Assembly (NCBI GenBank): GCA_002269645.1
Contig: NIVC01000952.1
Coordinates: forward strand, 338,967 to 402,966
Source of the DNA: Macrostomum lignano
Lineage: Eukaryota
Length of the DNA stretch: 64,000 bases
Direction of reading: 5' to 3'
Position numbers and translations under genes: made by a program. Shown piece after piece: positions 61,932 to 64,000 of this stretch. A model generated the notes under the pieces. The model was given only the letters and a program-made list of their open reading frames with translations. It was not told where the DNA came from and ran no database searches. Positions within the stretch are counted from its first letter, which is position 1; each line of letters starts with the position of its first letter.

Positions 61932-63920
61932 ATTGAAGTGCGTTACAGCTTTAGAGTAAATTTCTTTAATCGATTACACACATACCTACCGACAGACCAT
62001 TTTTAGTATATGGAATGAAGCAAAGCTAGAAACAAACTAAAACGTTATTCTCAGTTAACGATAAAATGCTAATCTTAAATAGCCTTTAGGCTTTAGGCTT
62101 ACTTTTACGATGCCAGTATGTCCTGTATGCATGCAGTTTCTAGAGCATCTCTACTTACCTCATTGAGTTTGTAACGACTATCGATACTCGGTCCTTTATC
62201 CAAATGAGATTTCCAGGTGTTGCCAGATCCTGTCTGACATTCCAGAAACAACAAATGTCAGTAACGAGCTGGGGTTCGGTGGTGAGACTAACCACTACCA
62301 ATGACTGCAAGCAAGTTACTGTTTTTGAATCCTTCACAGTTTCCGTTTTCAGTTTTTCGTTTTCGAGTTTCTTTGAGGCATGCGCGTTCTGGAAGATGTA
62401 TCATAACGGTTTGTGGTCACTTCCAACAGTCACTTTGTGCCCTCGGCTCCAACAGCTACAGAGGAGGCACCAACTACAGAGGTCCCCACGACTGCTGTGA
62501 GAAGCGGGTTCCAACGAGCGCTTACCATGACTAGATGACTAAGCTTTTCGGCAATCTTCTTTTGGACGATTTTCAGACGGGAAAACTGTCCGCGTTAAAA
62601 ATTCGTGATCCTAATTTCCTCGCATCCTAACAAATTGATTGATGCCAGTTACATTTATCTACATGTGCAAAATGGAAACGTACATGTCTATGTAATGGAG
62701 GGTATCAAATCTACTGTACTGATGAATGATAACTGGAATGATGCCTACATCAATGGCGGCGAAAACGAGTGTCAGTGTCAGTGTCAGCCGCGTTTTGAGC
62801 GCACGTAACTTCTAACTATTCTCAAGTAGAAGGCAGCCAATGAAAAGAGCGCACTCAACGACATTCTGTGCTCAACGATGCGTACGTGTACATGTGCTTG
62901 TGTACTTTTGTACGCTTGGCGACCTTCGCTGGCTAGACTGGCTGAAAATTTACCTATAATATTTTTTATGATACTTTAAATCTTGAAACCGAGAACGAAT
63001 AAAAGCGTACGAGGACTTAAGCCTTACTGCCAATTTTAATGGGGGCAAGGTGTTCTTGTTCTACAGTAAGTAGCATTCACTCCAATTTATATTTCACGTA
63101 GTTGTTGTCATCTTTAGATAGATTTTAATTACCATCGCTGTGGCTCTCTTCTACTTGGAGACCGTACTCACTGACCATCACAGTCTCCGGCAGAACAGCA
63201 CCCCTCTTCCTCGGCTCTCTCTCTCTCTGTCTCTCTCTTCCTCACGCATTCGGGGAAGAGAGGAAATTTTGGGCGCTGAGCAGGGATGAGATACGAGAAT
63301 CGGATCCGGCCCCTGTTGGCGGTGCGCGCTGTCCCCTGTAAAATGAGCCAGAGACACAGACAGGTTTCCTGCGCACACCCACCTCTACCCAACATACACT
63401 GACTATAGCGTACGCGAAGATAAGAACAAAAAAGAACTGGCTAGCTTTACATTCACTAATGTCAGGAAACTAACACGCGCGCGCACTAGCACAGCCCTAT
63501 TTCTAGCTATATGTTATATCAAAGCCTGCCATTGCCAATTTAACACGGTAATAGCAGCACACACTTCGCACGCTCCTGCAAGAAGCACAACTTCGTCAAG
63601 AAAAAAAGGCGTTCATCTCAAACTTTTATACAAACCAGAAACCGGATCGAACTCAGTTGGAGTTACGCAAGCAATATTGTTTGAAAGCGCAATTGATGCT
63701 GCGTCCGAATGCAGCACCTCCTGTGCAACTGGATTTTTCAGACATCTAACCGCAGATGCGTGGCCGCGCTCGCTGTGCTGCTCAGTCTAAGCCTCTTTTA
63801 CATCGGAATCGAACCCTGGATACGAACTCAAACTGTATTATTTGATACAGAGGTAGTCGATGCGCCAAGCAGAAACACTGAGGTCTCAGACGAGCCAGCT
63901 CGCATGACTTCACAGAGCGC

Positions 63921-64000
63921 GCAGACTCCGAAGACAGGCCACAAGACGGACTCGCAGACTCCGAAGACAGGCCACAAGACGGACTCGCAGACTCCGAAGA
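63921..64000. repeat. 33-bp tandem repeat (GCAGACTCCGAAGACAGGCCACAAGACGGACTC) running off the window end
   Basis: About 2.4 units visible. Confidence 0.85.

Noticed and set aside
62200-62540. Possible exons (..ELGFG|GTGAGA; APTATEEAPTTEVPTT)
   Set aside because: Frames are short with stops and no family is recognisable; cannot be supported.
63790-63880. tRNA gene or tRNA-SINE on the minus strand (GGTTCGATTCC B-box)
   Set aside because: No acceptor stem or cloverleaf could be built; the A-box is weak.

Overview
Repeat-rich eukaryotic (animal) genomic DNA with GT-AG introns and no prokaryotic features. The GC-rich exons and minisatellite-filled introns resemble the flatworm Macrostomum lignano; this is an impression, not a database result. 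The left part holds two divergently transcribed housekeeping genes: a 5-exon TRM5/TRMT5 tRNA m1G37 methyltransferase (minus strand, 6289-3192) and a GSK3 kinase (plus strand, ~9016-13296). From 14-27 kb there is a nest of decayed mobile elements: a 5'-truncated Gypsy, Penelope-like pieces with inverted pseudo-LTRs carrying minimal hammerhead ribozymes, and ISL2EU-like and hAT-like fragments. From 27-62 kb there are four same-strand, intronless paralogs of a type II membrane DxD glycosyltransferase (GT32-like). They are separated by a full-length degenerate Gypsy (His-tRNA PBS), a full-length LOA-like LINE with RNase H inserted into a THAP/P-type transposon, and a Tc1/IS630-like fragment. The most interesting signal is the glycosyltransferase array. 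Its paralogs are nucleotide mosaics: all three possible pairings of the four copies are supported by neighbouring sites, the scaffold is homogenised, and short patches next to the catalytic motifs stay divergent. Three copies also carry a GACATTGGC-core promoter unit at different copy number, and the fourth has a related repeat. Whether this is an adaptive glycan-diversifying system or neutral concerted evolution (or assembly artefact) cannot be settled from the sequence alone.
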